NCBI GenBank assembly: GCA_032161105.1
Contig: JAVHTD010000012.1
Source: Candidatus Thermosaccharophagus tengchongensis
GTDB lineage: Bacteria > Armatimonadota > Fervidibacteria > Fervidibacterales > Thermosaccharophagaceae
DNA: 64,000 bases
Reading direction: 5' to 3' (one strand)
Under the pieces are notes generated by a model, which saw only the letters and a program-made list of their open reading frames with translations, was not told the DNA's origin and made no database searches. This document shows, piece after piece, positions 1 to 9,780 of this stretch. Each line of letters starts with the position of its first letter. Position 1 is the stretch's first letter. Made by a program: the position numbers and the translations under genes.

Positions 1-19
1 CAGTTTGGTGGCTGCACAA

Positions 20-2965
20 TCACGGTAAAATCTCCGCCCACCGTGGCATCCTCATGTGGATCAGCAATTGACCGTCACGCAGCGTTGGTGTGATGGGTTG
101 CCCGTTCACTTCAAATCGCTTTCGCTGCTCCACCTTGTTCAAGGCAATGGCAATGTGAACATCGTTTGTCTCTTCTCCCAACGGTGAGGTGATATAGAGT
201 CGCACTTCCGCGTCATTCCAACGCACCAGCAGATTTCCATGTCGGCTTAGCGAGATGCCAATTCCGTTTCCCTTCCATTGCGTTGCCCTTATGAGCATCA
301 GTGCACCCTCATTTTTGGCGGTGCGGATGGAGCACAATTCGGCATCCGTAGCAATGCCGCGAGTCGTAATAGTCCCTTCAGCGGTGCGGAGAAGGAGCAG
401 TTCCTCTGCGTTACCCCTCTTGAAGTTGATGGCAAATCCGTTTGCAAGCTGCTCAACGCCGATGCACGCTACTGGGTTTTCCCATTGCGGCGACATGTGC
501 GCAATGATGAAGCCGTCTAACCAACTCTCCCATCTTGCGAGCAGGCGCTTTTTCTTTTCGCCTCGCCCGCCATCTGGAACATGCTCTGCAACTTCAAATT
601 GCCCGCCATCAGGATACAAGATGGCTACGCGTAACTTGGCGTTGCCCTTTGTGATTTCATATGCTCCCTTCCCGACTTCTTTCCATTCGCCATCGCAATG
701 GTAGAGCCAATCAATGGTGCATGGCTTTACGGCAGAGATGCGGTCGCAGATGAGAATATGAGCATCGTCAAGGTAAACGAATGTGCGCTCAAATTGTTTT
801 AGCCCGTCATAAAAGCGCCCAGCATTGCCCCTCACCATGCCATATCCTGGAGCACCAAAAAATTCGGTGATGCGTGCCCTATCACCCATGCTTGATATTG
901 GTTGAGTCCATCCCAACCCTTCGCCAGCTTGTCCCTTCCCGTTGACGAGGATTGTGTTATGGTCGGCGGTTAGCTTGCGGTCATGCGCATAGCCAGCGTC
1001 CATCGCAAAAAATTCGCCACGCCAAAAAATCATGAAGTGACCTGCATCTGGATGGTCATGAGCGACATTGACATAGCGTGGTTTCTCAGCTGATTCACGA
1101 TAGCGGCAGAGTGTATGTCCGCCATAAGGACCGCACTTGAAAAACGCAGCAAGCGCATTTGCGTCGTCCCAACTGGAACGAAATGTTGCAACTTCCAAGT
1201 CTGGGAAGTAGCGCCATGTGGGATATGTTGATAACTCAGCGGGTTTAAGCGTCGGGTCGTAAAATAGGATGAGCCAGCACTGATAATCGTAACTCTCTGG
1301 GGCGGCTTCATAGTTCCTCAGGTGTAATGCCTGCGCATATGAGTCACGAAAAAGCGAGGCAATGAGGAAGTGATAATGGTTGAACCACCCAACGCCGCGC
1401 CCACCATCACCATAGTCCCAGACATGCTTCCTTGTGGGCAAAACCATGTGTGCGCGGAAGTGAGCCATCTGACGAATGCACTCTTGTCCAGTCAGCAAAT
1501 CCACATGCGTGCATCGTCGCAACGCCCACAGTGTAGGTATGAGGTATTGCGTCCCAAAGGCTTGATAACCGACGGACTCATGGTTTGAGCCGTCAGGTGG
1601 AAGCCATTTCACGACCTCTTGTGCCTTGCGTATGCCATAGTCCAAGTAGCCATCAATTTCAGCTATGTCGCCATAAAGCGCAAGCGAAGCAAGGAGCAAT
1701 CCAGCGAGGCGATGAAAGAGGTGATTGTTTTGCGGGTCTTGTTGCCAGTAATGTGGACCGCTGCCCTTTTGCATGAAGCCCAGTTCATACATTCGGTGGA
1801 CTTGAAGCCAAAGCTTGTCTTGGACGAGCTTCCTTTCTTGCTCGCTGAGCCAGTTATATGCAACATCATAACCGATGGCTACGCCAGCAAGTATGTTGGC
1901 AGCGCCCATGCCAGAATCGCGCTCCTGACCGATCTCAAAATGCCTTGAGCGGCAAAATGTTAAAAGCAACTGTTTTGTGGCTTCCTTGTAGCGCGGCTCA
2001 TCGGTAAGGGCAGCGACAAAGGCAACTGTTACCATTCGCCACCAACCCCAACGCTGCGCTTCCGTTCCATCTGTGAGCCATCTTTCATCCTTTGGTGGCG
2101 TTAGGGCTGTTTGCGCATATTTGAGGGCGCCATCAAAGAATCGCTTGTGCGTGCTTTTGATCCGCTCTCGCAACATTGGCAACTCCTCTTCCGTGAAGAA
2201 AAGGCGCGGATGTTTTCCGAGCAACTCCCTTCGGAATGGTATTTCAAACTTGCCAGGCAGTGGCTTGCGCTCTATGACACCCAACTTGACTTCGCCCTCA
2301 ATGATGACGGTGATGTCGTCAACAATCGCGGCATCTGGGAAATTCTCTCGGCTGCCATAAATGACAATGTGCGTAAAGCCATTCGGCATCTCAGCCATTT
2401 CGGCGTGCACTGCCCTGCCATCAAGCAACACTTGCATCTCACCGTCAGGCGCAACGCTAAATGTCCACTCATGCCACCCTTGCTTGACAGTGCCGCCCGC
2501 CCACATGCGGTCATACCAGCTGCGTGTCACCGTGTTGATGTAGCCATAGCCGCGATTGCCCGCCAAGTAAGGCGCATACAGGCGACCATAAACGACGACT
2601 TTCCCATCGGCATCCATAAGCCCAATTAGCGGTCCGATTGCATATTGCCTTTCGTTCTCCAAAGTTGTCCCGCTATCGTAAAACCAAATTCGCACAGTGC
2701 CATAAATTGGCTTTGAAGAAACCGATATTTTCGCCATCCCTTTGAAGCCCACTCGCAATGCGAACTGACCGCTGTGAGTTGGTTCTTTCACGAGTGTCGC
2801 ATCACCTTCAACGCCTGATGGTAACCCGCCTTCAAAATCAATGTGCAATTCACTCGTGCCCCTGCTTTCACCTCGGGTAAAATAAGCTATCACAGCGCCA
2901 CTTCCAAGCATGATGGTGACCATCACCGCAACACTTTGCAAAACCCTTTTCCAGGTCACGACCAT
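20..2965 (-). CDS. DUF4962/heparinase II/III-like polysaccharide lyase, N-terminally membrane anchored
   Basis: HPRLFF motif, NNH helical domain, HDHPDAGHF and HNTILVNG heparinase II/III motifs; GGAGG precedes ATG at 2965 (ORF track starts at 3010). Confidence 0.75.
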   Translation of the reverse strand: MVVTWKRVLQSVAVMVTIMLGSGAVIAYFTRGESRGTSELHIDFEGGLPSGVEGDATLVKEPTHSGQFALRVGFKGMAKISVSSKPIYGTVRIWFYDSGTTLENERQYAIGPLIGLMDADGKVVVYGRLYAPYLAGNRGYGYINTVTRSWYDRMWAGGTVKQGWHEWTFSVAPDGEMQVLLDGRAVHAEMAEMPNGFTHIVIYGSRENFPDAAIVDDITVIIEGEVKLGVIERKPLPGKFEIPFRRELLGKHPRLFFTEEELPMLRERIKSTHKRFFDGALKYAQTALTPPKDERWLTDGTEAQRWGWWRMVTVAFVAALTDEPRYKEATKQLLLTFCRSRHFEIGQERDSGMGAANILAGVAIGYDVAYNWLSEQERKLVQDKLWLQVHRMYELGFMQKGSGPHYWQQDPQNNHLFHRLAGLLLASLALYGDIAEIDGYLDYGIRKAQEVVKWLPPDGSNHESVGYQAFGTQYLIPTLWALRRCTHVDLLTGQECIRQMAHFRAHMVLPTRKHVWDYGDGGRGVGWFNHYHFLIASLFRDSYAQALHLRNYEAAPESYDYQCWLILFYDPTLKPAELSTYPTWRYFPDLEVATFRSSWDDANALAAFFKCGPYGGHTLCRYRESAEKPRYVNVAHDHPDAGHFMIFWRGEFFAMDAGYAHDRKLTADHNTILVNGKGQAGEGLGWTQPISSMGDRARITEFFGAPGYGMVRGNAGRFYDGLKQFERTFVYLDDAHILICDRISAVKPCTIDWLYHCDGEWKEVGKGAYEITKGNAKLRVAILYPDGGQFEVAEHVPDGGRGEKKKRLLARWESWLDGFIIAHMSPQWENPVACIGVEQLANGFAINFKRGNAEELLLLRTAEGTITTRGIATDAELCSIRTAKNEGALMLIRATQWKGNGIGISLSRHGNLLVRWNDAEVRLYITSPLGEETNDVHIAIALNKVEQRKRFEVNGQPITPTLRDGQLLIHMRMPRWAEILP

Positions 2966-3196
2966 CCACCTCCTCAGTTTGCAATCATGCGCACCAATCA
3001 TTGTGAACACAAACGCTCACAAATGCAACTTGGTTCCTTCAGCATGACCGAAGCCACCAACTTGCTTTATTTGGGATTGAAGCCCTCTCTTACTTCTGTG
3101 GCTAAAGTTGCACCCCTGCTGCAATGTTTGTTGCATCCAGATTGGGCGGATGGGGAGAGCCGCTTGCGGCAAACAATTTGTCAGCGCAAATAAATT

Positions 3197-3255
3197 GTAG
3201 GGGCAGATGGAATCTGCCCGCTTCTTTTCCGCTTCGTGGCTAAAGCCTCTCATAC
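3197..3255. repeat. GTAG-family REP element
   Basis: GTAGGGGCAGATGGAATCTGCCC...CTTCGTGGCTAAAGCCTCTCATAC; arms nearly identical to those at 15829-15906. Confidence 0.75.
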
Positions 3256-3266
3256 GATGGTTCAGG

Positions 3267-4205
3267 TCAAAACGAATTGGCAATTAGCTCAAGCAAATTT
3301 TTGTCAATACCGCCGACAACGAGCAAGGCTCGCTTGCCCAGCGGCTTTTGGACGATGGAGACGCGGGATGAACCGAGCGACGGTTTCAAGTTGGACGGTA
3401 AGACGAAAAGCGAAATTTTTGTCAATCCGTCGGAGTAAACGGCATGGAGCGTCCGCAAATTTTTCGGCAAATCCACCTCTTCAACCCTCTCCAGAACGAA
3501 ACCGAAGGGAAGGCTATCGGGCAACTTAAGAGACCATTTATTTTGAGCCTGAACTTTCGTCAACTGCTTCTGGCTTTTGGTCGCCGCTGCCTTAACAGGT
3601 GGGGTGAACAGAAGGCGTGGGACTTCCTTTTGGCTCAAAAACTTCAGGTCGGTCACCGACATGAAGGCAATGGGCACATCCCTCTCGTCAGATATTTCGC
3701 CCTTGAGGATAATGCCGTGTTCTGCATCCAACCAGAACTTGTGGTGGGGTTTGCCCTTGACTTTCGGCGAAATAGCAACTTGCCATGCTTTCCGACCGAG
3801 CACCGAAGTTGCCCCCAAAACTGTCAGGCGGTAATTTTTGCTCAGCAAATCAAGCCGTTCTGGCGTCAGCGTGTCAACTTCAAGTTCCCAAACCGCTTTC
3901 CCTTCCACAATCCGCCACCGCCTTTTGCCATCGGAAATTAGGACAGTCCCACGCAAGTTTTTGGGCGAAAGATATTCAATCCGATAGCGACCGTCTGGAA
4001 GACGCCACTCCCTCAGCAAAGCGGTATCGCCTTTGTGGCTGCCCCATGATGAAACAGCAATTCTGCAAGAATATGCCACTGGCGGGTTGAGAGCCTTCCG
4101 AAGCAAAGCAATTGGGTCAGGAAATTTTTCACCCGCTACTTCGGTGAGCATCGCCGTCAACATCAAAAACGCTTGAACGAACAGTTTCAAGCGGCGTTCA
4201 TTCAT
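3267..4205 (-). CDS. MucB/RseB-like periplasmic sigma-E regulatory protein
   Basis: Signal peptide, LolA-like RIEYLSP and WLDAEHGIILK segments, YSDGLTKISLF C-terminal motif; overlaps anti-sigma gene end. Confidence 0.8.
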   Translation of the reverse strand: MNERRLKLFVQAFLMLTAMLTEVAGEKFPDPIALLRKALNPPVAYSCRIAVSSWGSHKGDTALLREWRLPDGRYRIEYLSPKNLRGTVLISDGKRRWRIVEGKAVWELEVDTLTPERLDLLSKNYRLTVLGATSVLGRKAWQVAISPKVKGKPHHKFWLDAEHGIILKGEISDERDVPIAFMSVTDLKFLSQKEVPRLLFTPPVKAAATKSQKQLTKVQAQNKWSLKLPDSLPFGFVLERVEEVDLPKNLRTLHAVYSDGLTKISLFVLPSNLKPSLGSSRVSIVQKPLGKRALLVVGGIDKNLLELIANSF

Positions 4206-4662
4206 GGCTTTCAACCTCCGAAAATTCAGCAGTAGCGATGAGATGACAAAGCGGGTTATCGCTTAAAGCGAGCGAAACATTGTCAGCGTGGTAACTCACG
4301 ACGAGGTTGAGGGTCTGCTCTTTGGGATGACCGTCGGTTGGCTTCTGCCGCAATAGTGCGATTGCGCCAAACAGCAAAGCAATTGAGGCGACCGCTGCCA
4401 ACCAAACTGGAGATTTGACAACGGTGAACCTTTTCCTTCGGATGCGGTATCGGACATGTCTCATAACTCGGTTCCACATTCCCTGTTTCGGCGGAGGGAC
4501 GGGCATCGCTTGCAATTTTCGCTTTAGTTCCGACAATTCAAATGCGGTTTGACGACAGGTTTCGCAACTTTGCAAATGCGCTTCAAGGTTCTCACGCTCA
4601 TCCTCAGGCAGCATTCCGTCAACCCAAGCGGACAATTGTTCTGACCATCGTTCGCAACTCAA
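4198..4662 (-). CDS. Zinc-binding (ZAS/zf-HC2) transmembrane anti-sigma factor
   Basis: HxxxCxxC (HLQSCETC), one TM helix; TTG start with GAGGTGA RBS. Confidence 0.85.
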   Translation of the reverse strand: MSCERWSEQLSAWVDGMLPEDERENLEAHLQSCETCRQTAFELSELKRKLQAMPVPPPKQGMWNRVMRHVRYRIRRKRFTVVKSPVWLAAVASIALLFGAIALLRQKPTDGHPKEQTLNLVVSYHADNVSLALSDNPLCHLIATAEFSEVESHE

Positions 4663-4773
4663 AGTTTTTCACCTCGCTTGAAGGTGCGATATTTTCGCTC
4701 AGCCGCCATCTCAAAGTTCTCACCACGGCATCCTCAAGCCAATCGCTATCAAGAAAATGCCGAAAGATTTTCT

Positions 4774-5301
4774 TTAGAGCCAATCTTTCAACTTTTCGCG
4801 CAACAAAATTCTCGCCCGATGCAATCTTGAACGAATTGTTCCAATAGGGCAGTTTAGTGCCTTTGCCGCTTCCTCGTAACTCAAACCTTCCATGTCAATG
4901 AGCACAACGACGGTTTTAAACTCTGTTGGCAGTTCGTCCAAAGCTTCGTTTGCTGCCCTCCAAAATGCCCGCTTCATAGCAGCAGTCTCAGGGTCATCAG
5001 TGTCTTCGGGCAAATCTATTGGCTCATCGTCGTTTTCTTTCGGTTCATTCAGCGAGGCGAACTCGTAATGACTGTTTTTGCGTCGCCAGTCAAGGAAGGT
5101 ATGGGTCATGATTGTCGCAACCCAACGGACAAAATCCGTGCCCTGCTGAAAATTTCGGAAACTTTCCCATGCCTCGGTCAATGCTTCCATCAACAAATCT
5201 TCGGCGTCATCTCGGTTTCCCGCCAGTCGGTAGGCGATGCGATACAGGGCTTCTTGGTTCAGCTTAACTAACCTTTCAAACTCCGCTATTTTGTCGTCCA
5301 T
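4774..5301 (-). CDS. ECF RNA polymerase sigma-70 factor
   Basis: Region 2 DAEDL, region 4 GLSYEEAA..GTIRSRLHRAR; start may be TTG 5343 instead. Confidence 0.9.
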   Translation of the reverse strand: MDDKIAEFERLVKLNQEALYRIAYRLAGNRDDAEDLLMEALTEAWESFRNFQQGTDFVRWVATIMTHTFLDWRRKNSHYEFASLNEPKENDDEPIDLPEDTDDPETAAMKRAFWRAANEALDELPTEFKTVVVLIDMEGLSYEEAAKALNCPIGTIRSRLHRARILLREKLKDWL

Positions 5302-5349
5302 CGGTAGCCCAGCGCCCCCATTTTGAGACTTAAAAGCGCCCAAAGTAAG

Positions 5350-5377
5350 AAGCGCAATTACGCCGACAAAAGTTCCC
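5350..5377 (-). promoter_or_regulatory. Putative ECF promoter for the sigma operon
   Basis: GGGAACT-N16-CGCTT on the minus strand. Confidence 0.65.
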
Positions 5378-5388
5378 TCATCGCTTTC

Positions 5389-5416
5389 GGGAACTAAAGA
5401 CCAGTCCCATTCGCTT
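5389..5416 (+). promoter_or_regulatory. Putative ECF promoter for the Lys/Pro/Ala repeat gene
   Basis: GGGAACT-N16-CGCTT on the plus strand; same boxes and spacing as the divergent copy. Confidence 0.65.
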
Positions 5417-5482
5417 TAGACATTGGCGGTAGCTCCCGAGAGCGGGAGCCGAAACTCAACATCACAAGGAGGTGTGAATCAC

Positions 5483-6022
5483 ATGGTGAGGCAGCTGGTA
5501 GTAGCAGCGTTAGCGGCAGTGATGGCGCTGCCATTTGTTGGGATTGCCCAACAGCCACAAAAGAAGCAACCACCAGCAAAGCCCGAAGTTAAGGAGGCAA
5601 AACCTGCGCCACCTGCACCTGCGAAGAAGCCACCAGCGGCTAAGCCTGCACCACCTGTGCCTGCGAAGAAGCCGCCAGTGGCAAAGCCTGCACCACCTGT
5701 GCCTGCGAAGAAGCCGCCAGTGGCAAAGCCTGCACCACCTGCACCTGCGAAGAAGCCACCAGTGGCAAAGCCTGCGCCATCTAAGAAGCCGCCAGCGGCA
5801 AAGCCTGCGCCGTCTAAGAAGCCACCAGCGGCAAAGCCTGCACCGTCTAAGAAGCCGCCAGTGGCAAAGCCTGCGCCAACTAAGAAGCCACCAGCGGCAA
5901 AGCCTGCGCCGTCTAAGAAGCCGCCAGTGGCAAAGCCTGCGCCAACTAAGAAGCCACCAGCGGCAAAGCCTGCGCCAACTAAGAAGCCTGAATCAGAAAA
6001 GGCAGCGCCTAAGAAGCCGTAA
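5483..6022 (+). CDS. Exported Lys/Pro/Ala tandem-repeat protein (179 aa, predicted disordered and basic)
   Basis: AGGAGGTG RBS, Sec-type signal peptide MVRQLVVAALAAVMALPFVGIA, KKPP(A/V)AKPAP repeats, downstream hairpin. Confidence 0.8.
   Translation: MVRQLVVAALAAVMALPFVGIAQQPQKKQPPAKPEVKEAKPAPPAPAKKPPAAKPAPPVPAKKPPVAKPAPPVPAKKPPVAKPAPPAPAKKPPVAKPAPSKKPPAAKPAPSKKPPAAKPAPSKKPPVAKPAPTKKPPAAKPAPSKKPPVAKPAPTKKPPAAKPAPTKKPESEKAAPKKP
5624..5980 (+). repeat. Coding tandem repeat: three 42-bp units then seven 33-bp units
   Basis: KKPP(A/V)AKPAPP(V/A)PA x3 then KKPP(A/V)AKPAP(S/T) x7. Confidence 0.9.
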
Positions 6023-6046
6023 AGCCTGGCAGCCCCATCGCCTTAT

Positions 6047-6077
6047 CAGGGCAGGGTGCTATACGCACCCTGCCCTG
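6047..6077. terminator. Hairpin between convergent genes
   Basis: CAGGGCAGGGTGC-tatac-GCACCCTGCCCTG perfect 13-bp stem; no U-tract. Confidence 0.6.
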
Positions 6078-6150
6078 AACCTCGTAATTTTGCCCCTCTT
6101 GATTGGTGGACAAGCGTTGGAGTGCGATGCGAGTGTCGTTGGCTTATCAT

Positions 6151-7707
6151 TCAGATATTCACTCCTTGCCCCAAACTTTTCGCCCACTCCATAACAGCCC
6201 TGAATTTCGGTGTCGGTGGGTCATCATAGAACTGCACCAAGCCCCAAGAACCCCACTTGCTCCATCGTCCCACAGATGAGAAATGGCAGAACAGGTCACC
6301 GCCGACCCTCACCCACGCCTGCAGGTATTGCCGATAAATCTCGCCCATCCTCGGGTCAGCGTTAGCTTTCATAAGCAGTTGAGTTAGTTTCTCGTTATTC
6401 TCTGCACCGTGAACACCTACAAGGTGCTGACCGCCTTCGTAAGCGACAAGGAGCAACCCATACTTGTCAGCAACCTTTTTCTGCCCCTCCATCCAACGAA
6501 TGCAATTTGGCAGCGAAACTTTTTCAACATAGTCAAGCAATTGCTCAACACTCCAATTCGCAACTTCATCGGCGGGCGGATTTCCTTTCGGCGAGACATT
6601 GAATGAGATGTATGGTGCGATGGCTAAGGCGTCGGCATGTTTGTAGGCATCGCGGAACGAAAGGATTTGCTCAGAGACATACGGGTTCGCCGCTTGAGAC
6701 GGGAGCACCCTGATGAGCCGTTTTGTGCCACCGAAAACCTCTTCCCAGATTCGGAAGATTTGGACGGAGCGATAAGCGGTGTATCGCCACGCTGCTTCCC
6801 AAGGCTTTTCGCCGAACCCCAATTTTTGCCCTTGTTCCGCCGCATATCTGTGCTGCGCGAACATACCGTTCCAAACCTCGTTGGAGTATTCCACATAAAC
6901 CTTCAGCGACGGGTCAAGTTTCTCCTTGACAGTTTTTGCGAACCTGTAAATGTAGTCGTCATCTGCCATGTGTGGCATGCAAAACCATGCGTCGGCTTTG
7001 AGCCTGTTGCAAAGGTCAATCATCCATTCAAGGGCGACGCCTTTCGCCGAAAAAGTCGCATCCTCAACCTTCGGTCTGTCATCCCAACGGACAATTTGAG
7101 AGTTGTTCGTTTCCATCCAATCCATGAACCTGAAACAAGCGATGCCTCGCCATCGGTTCAGAAAAGTCGGATGCCAACATGGGGTCTTTCGGTCAGGCAC
7201 TTTGAAGTTAGGCATGATGACCTGAATGTTGCGGACATAGTTTTGCGGGTTAGTGTGAAGCAGGCGCAGGAAAATCGCGCCTTTTGACGAATCAACTTTG
7301 ATGACAACTTTGCCCCTTTCCCTCTTGACAACTTTTGCGGCGTTCCAAAAGTCAATTTCGCCATCGCCTTCGTAAAGCACTGTGTATTCGCCGCTTGGGT
7401 AATGTCCACCCTCAATTGTGCACATCAAGGTTTCTGCCCAACAGTCGGGTTCAAGCCTTTTGACCCAACCGTGTTCATCAAGTTCAAGTTTCGGACCTTG
7501 TCCCCAACCTGCTCCTTTGCGTTGGCTAATCCAACGCCGCGACATGCGAAAGACATCGGTGAAAGGGAGCTCGGTATTCCAGTCGGCTATGCCTGCAAGG
7601 TTCATGCCAAGCCTTGGCTTTCGTGCCACATTCTCGGCAGGATTTGCAAATCCAAAGGATGCGATGAGCAGTCCAATTGATGATTCCAAAAATTCCCTTC
7701 TTTTCAT
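6151..7707 (-). CDS. Tat-exported putative glycoside hydrolase / cellulose-binding protein
   Basis: MKRREFL twin-arginine signal; RFMDW, VEYSNEVWN and AYEGGQH motifs. Confidence 0.7.
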   Translation of the reverse strand: MKRREFLESSIGLLIASFGFANPAENVARKPRLGMNLAGIADWNTELPFTDVFRMSRRWISQRKGAGWGQGPKLELDEHGWVKRLEPDCWAETLMCTIEGGHYPSGEYTVLYEGDGEIDFWNAAKVVKRERGKVVIKVDSSKGAIFLRLLHTNPQNYVRNIQVIMPNFKVPDRKTPCWHPTFLNRWRGIACFRFMDWMETNNSQIVRWDDRPKVEDATFSAKGVALEWMIDLCNRLKADAWFCMPHMADDDYIYRFAKTVKEKLDPSLKVYVEYSNEVWNGMFAQHRYAAEQGQKLGFGEKPWEAAWRYTAYRSVQIFRIWEEVFGGTKRLIRVLPSQAANPYVSEQILSFRDAYKHADALAIAPYISFNVSPKGNPPADEVANWSVEQLLDYVEKVSLPNCIRWMEGQKKVADKYGLLLVAYEGGQHLVGVHGAENNEKLTQLLMKANADPRMGEIYRQYLQAWVRVGGDLFCHFSSVGRWSKWGSWGLVQFYDDPPTPKFRAVMEWAKSLGQGVNI

Positions 7708-7794
7708 CTGCCATCATCCCAACTCGCAAGTTTAGCGTTCAATTCCGCTCGTGGGCAGCTGCTGAGGCAGAACCCACCAGATTGCGAAAAAATT

Positions 7795-7819
7795 TAGCCA
7801 CAGCTGAAGCTGCTCCTAC
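7795..7819 (-). repeat. GTAG REP arm overlapping a stop codon
   Basis: Minus strand GTAGGAGCAGCTTCAGCTGTGGCTA resembles GTAGGAGCGGCTTCAGCCGC at 15709; its TAG is the stop of 7816-9432. Confidence 0.65.
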
Positions 7820-9432
7820 AAATCCTTATGCTTGCTGGCGATAAGGAGGACCCAATCGTTTGCGTCTGGAGTTTTGAAATCCATCACTGGCTCGGAGACG
7901 CCAGTCGCATTCAACCATTCACCGTTTCTCGGGTTGAACCACCTTGCGACTGCCGGTCGCTTGAGAAGCTCGCTCCTAAGTGATATCACACCACCTTCAG
8001 GTGTGTAGATGACAGCAAAGGTGTCATCCTCAGCCCTTGCAGCAGCAACAAATCTATGCGGCTGCCCCAAAAGGAGCAATCCATCCTTGTAGGCAATCTC
8101 AGTGGCAGGCTGGTTGATGAGCATCTCTTGAGCTGGTCGCAGCTTCCACCACTGCAGCGATGAGAAGAAGTTTTTCAAGTGCTTGACGCATTCTGCGCCC
8201 TCACTCCTCACCGCTTCGTGCCAGACGGGTGCTACACCGCTGTTAGGGTGGTCAGTTGGAACTTCTGGCTTTTCAGCCCAAAACCAAATTCCATGGTTCC
8301 CGTAAGTGACGCCAGCAGTTGGAGCAATTAGCAAACTCCAATAAAGTGCCCTGCGCACATGAAAGGCAGTGAAAGGCTTCCGTGATTGGTATGCAAGGTG
8401 AGCCTCATAGTTGGGCTCAAGGTTGATGATCGGTCTTGGCGGCTCTTTTAACCACTCCTGTGCTGGCGGACCGAAGACAAGCCAAAGTATGTTGTCAAAG
8501 GCATCGCCATGCCCACTTTGGTAGCCGATGAAGTCAAACCATTCTTCGTTGCGGAATTCATCTGCAACCCAATGCATGCCACCTGGATGCATCGTCACCA
8601 AGCGGTCGTGTCTGTCTCCAAATACAGCGCGCCCAATTCGCTTCCAGCGCTCTGACTTCTCACCGCGATAGTCACCATCGCCACCCAAAATCCAAATGAC
8701 TTGATAGGCACCCCAACGGGCAACAATGTAGCGTGCAAGCTTAATCAAGTCTTCTTCGGGCAAAACCGCAACAGGTGACGGTGGTCTTAAAGCCCACAGG
8801 ATGACTGGAGCTGCAACCAATCCGTGTCGGTTGATTGCAGCGACCTTGCCATCAAGCCGCCGAAAGAACTCAGGGGTGATTTGAATTCGCTGTGTGCCAG
8901 TGTATGCAGTCTCGCCAAATTCATCTTGTGGGAATGCACGCCAATGCGTGCTCACGAATTGAACGACAGTGAAACCTTGCTCACGGCGAGTTTGCAAGTA
9001 ACGCTCCCAATCGTTGGACTTTGCCTTCAACACGCCGTTCCATGCGGTGTCGGCAAGCCAGAAAAACGGTGTCCCATCTGCATGGACAAAGAAACGCCTA
9101 TTCGGAGATAACCTGATGGCACCGTGAAGGTAGAGGGGATTGTCGCCTTTGTAGGGGATACATTGGAAGGAGCCAGACTTGCCGTGCAAGCCATCATTTT
9201 CTCTGTCAGAGCATTCCGTGTGCCATTTCCATTCGCCAACCTCGTCAGGGCTGAAGCGCACACGCCAAATTTTACCGCCATCCCAAAACGCATCAATGGC
9301 GTGTTTCCTTCCCGATGGGGATGTGAAGATGACATTAACATCAACATCCCAAAGCGGATTTGCATACTCACGCCTGCTCTCAAACGCTAACTCTAACACC
9401 ATCCACATCATCACCGCTTCCATCATGACCAC
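7816..9432 (-). CDS. DUF5060 + DUF4038 (apiosidase/GH140-like) + putative collagen-binding domain protein
   Basis: AFWDGG..WRVRFSP, GTPFFWLADTAW, QSGH, EPNYE, GVTYG and WFNPRNG..DWVL motifs. Confidence 0.8.
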   Translation of the reverse strand: MVMMEAVMMWMVLELAFESRREYANPLWDVDVNVIFTSPSGRKHAIDAFWDGGKIWRVRFSPDEVGEWKWHTECSDRENDGLHGKSGSFQCIPYKGDNPLYLHGAIRLSPNRRFFVHADGTPFFWLADTAWNGVLKAKSNDWERYLQTRREQGFTVVQFVSTHWRAFPQDEFGETAYTGTQRIQITPEFFRRLDGKVAAINRHGLVAAPVILWALRPPSPVAVLPEEDLIKLARYIVARWGAYQVIWILGGDGDYRGEKSERWKRIGRAVFGDRHDRLVTMHPGGMHWVADEFRNEEWFDFIGYQSGHGDAFDNILWLVFGPPAQEWLKEPPRPIINLEPNYEAHLAYQSRKPFTAFHVRRALYWSLLIAPTAGVTYGNHGIWFWAEKPEVPTDHPNSGVAPVWHEAVRSEGAECVKHLKNFFSSLQWWKLRPAQEMLINQPATEIAYKDGLLLLGQPHRFVAAARAEDDTFAVIYTPEGGVISLRSELLKRPAVARWFNPRNGEWLNATGVSEPVMDFKTPDANDWVLLIASKHKDL

Positions 9433-9717
9433 CCTCCATCAACCCCTGCTTCATTTGTCAGCAACGCCACTTGAGCATTGTAGCAATAATGCGTAACAAT
9501 GATGCCTTGCTATGCATTTTGGACACCAACGGACATGAAAGGGTTGCCGAACAGCCTTTGGAATGGAGCCTTAACAATCGTAGAGGGACGGCATTCAGCG
9601 CTTTGGCAGGCATGCCCGATTTCAAGGTCTACCAAAACCGCGATCGGATTCATCGTCCGTTCCAAAAAGCGGTGCTAAAGCATTGTTCTCATCGTTCGCT
9701 TCGCGAACCCAGTGATG

Positions 9718-9726
9718 TGCTATAAT
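9718..9726 (+). promoter_or_regulatory. Extended -10 promoter
   Basis: TGcTATAAT about 55 bp upstream of the ATG at 9781. Confidence 0.55.
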
Positions 9727-9780
9727 TCCTGCTTGAGAAGCTCGCCATATAGGATGTAACTCGTGGCGGGGTGAATAGGT

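Noticed and set aside
5535..6194. 219-aa Arg/Gln/His-rich ORF
   Set aside because: Alternate frame of the Lys/Pro/Ala repeat gene; no RBS and it runs through the terminator.
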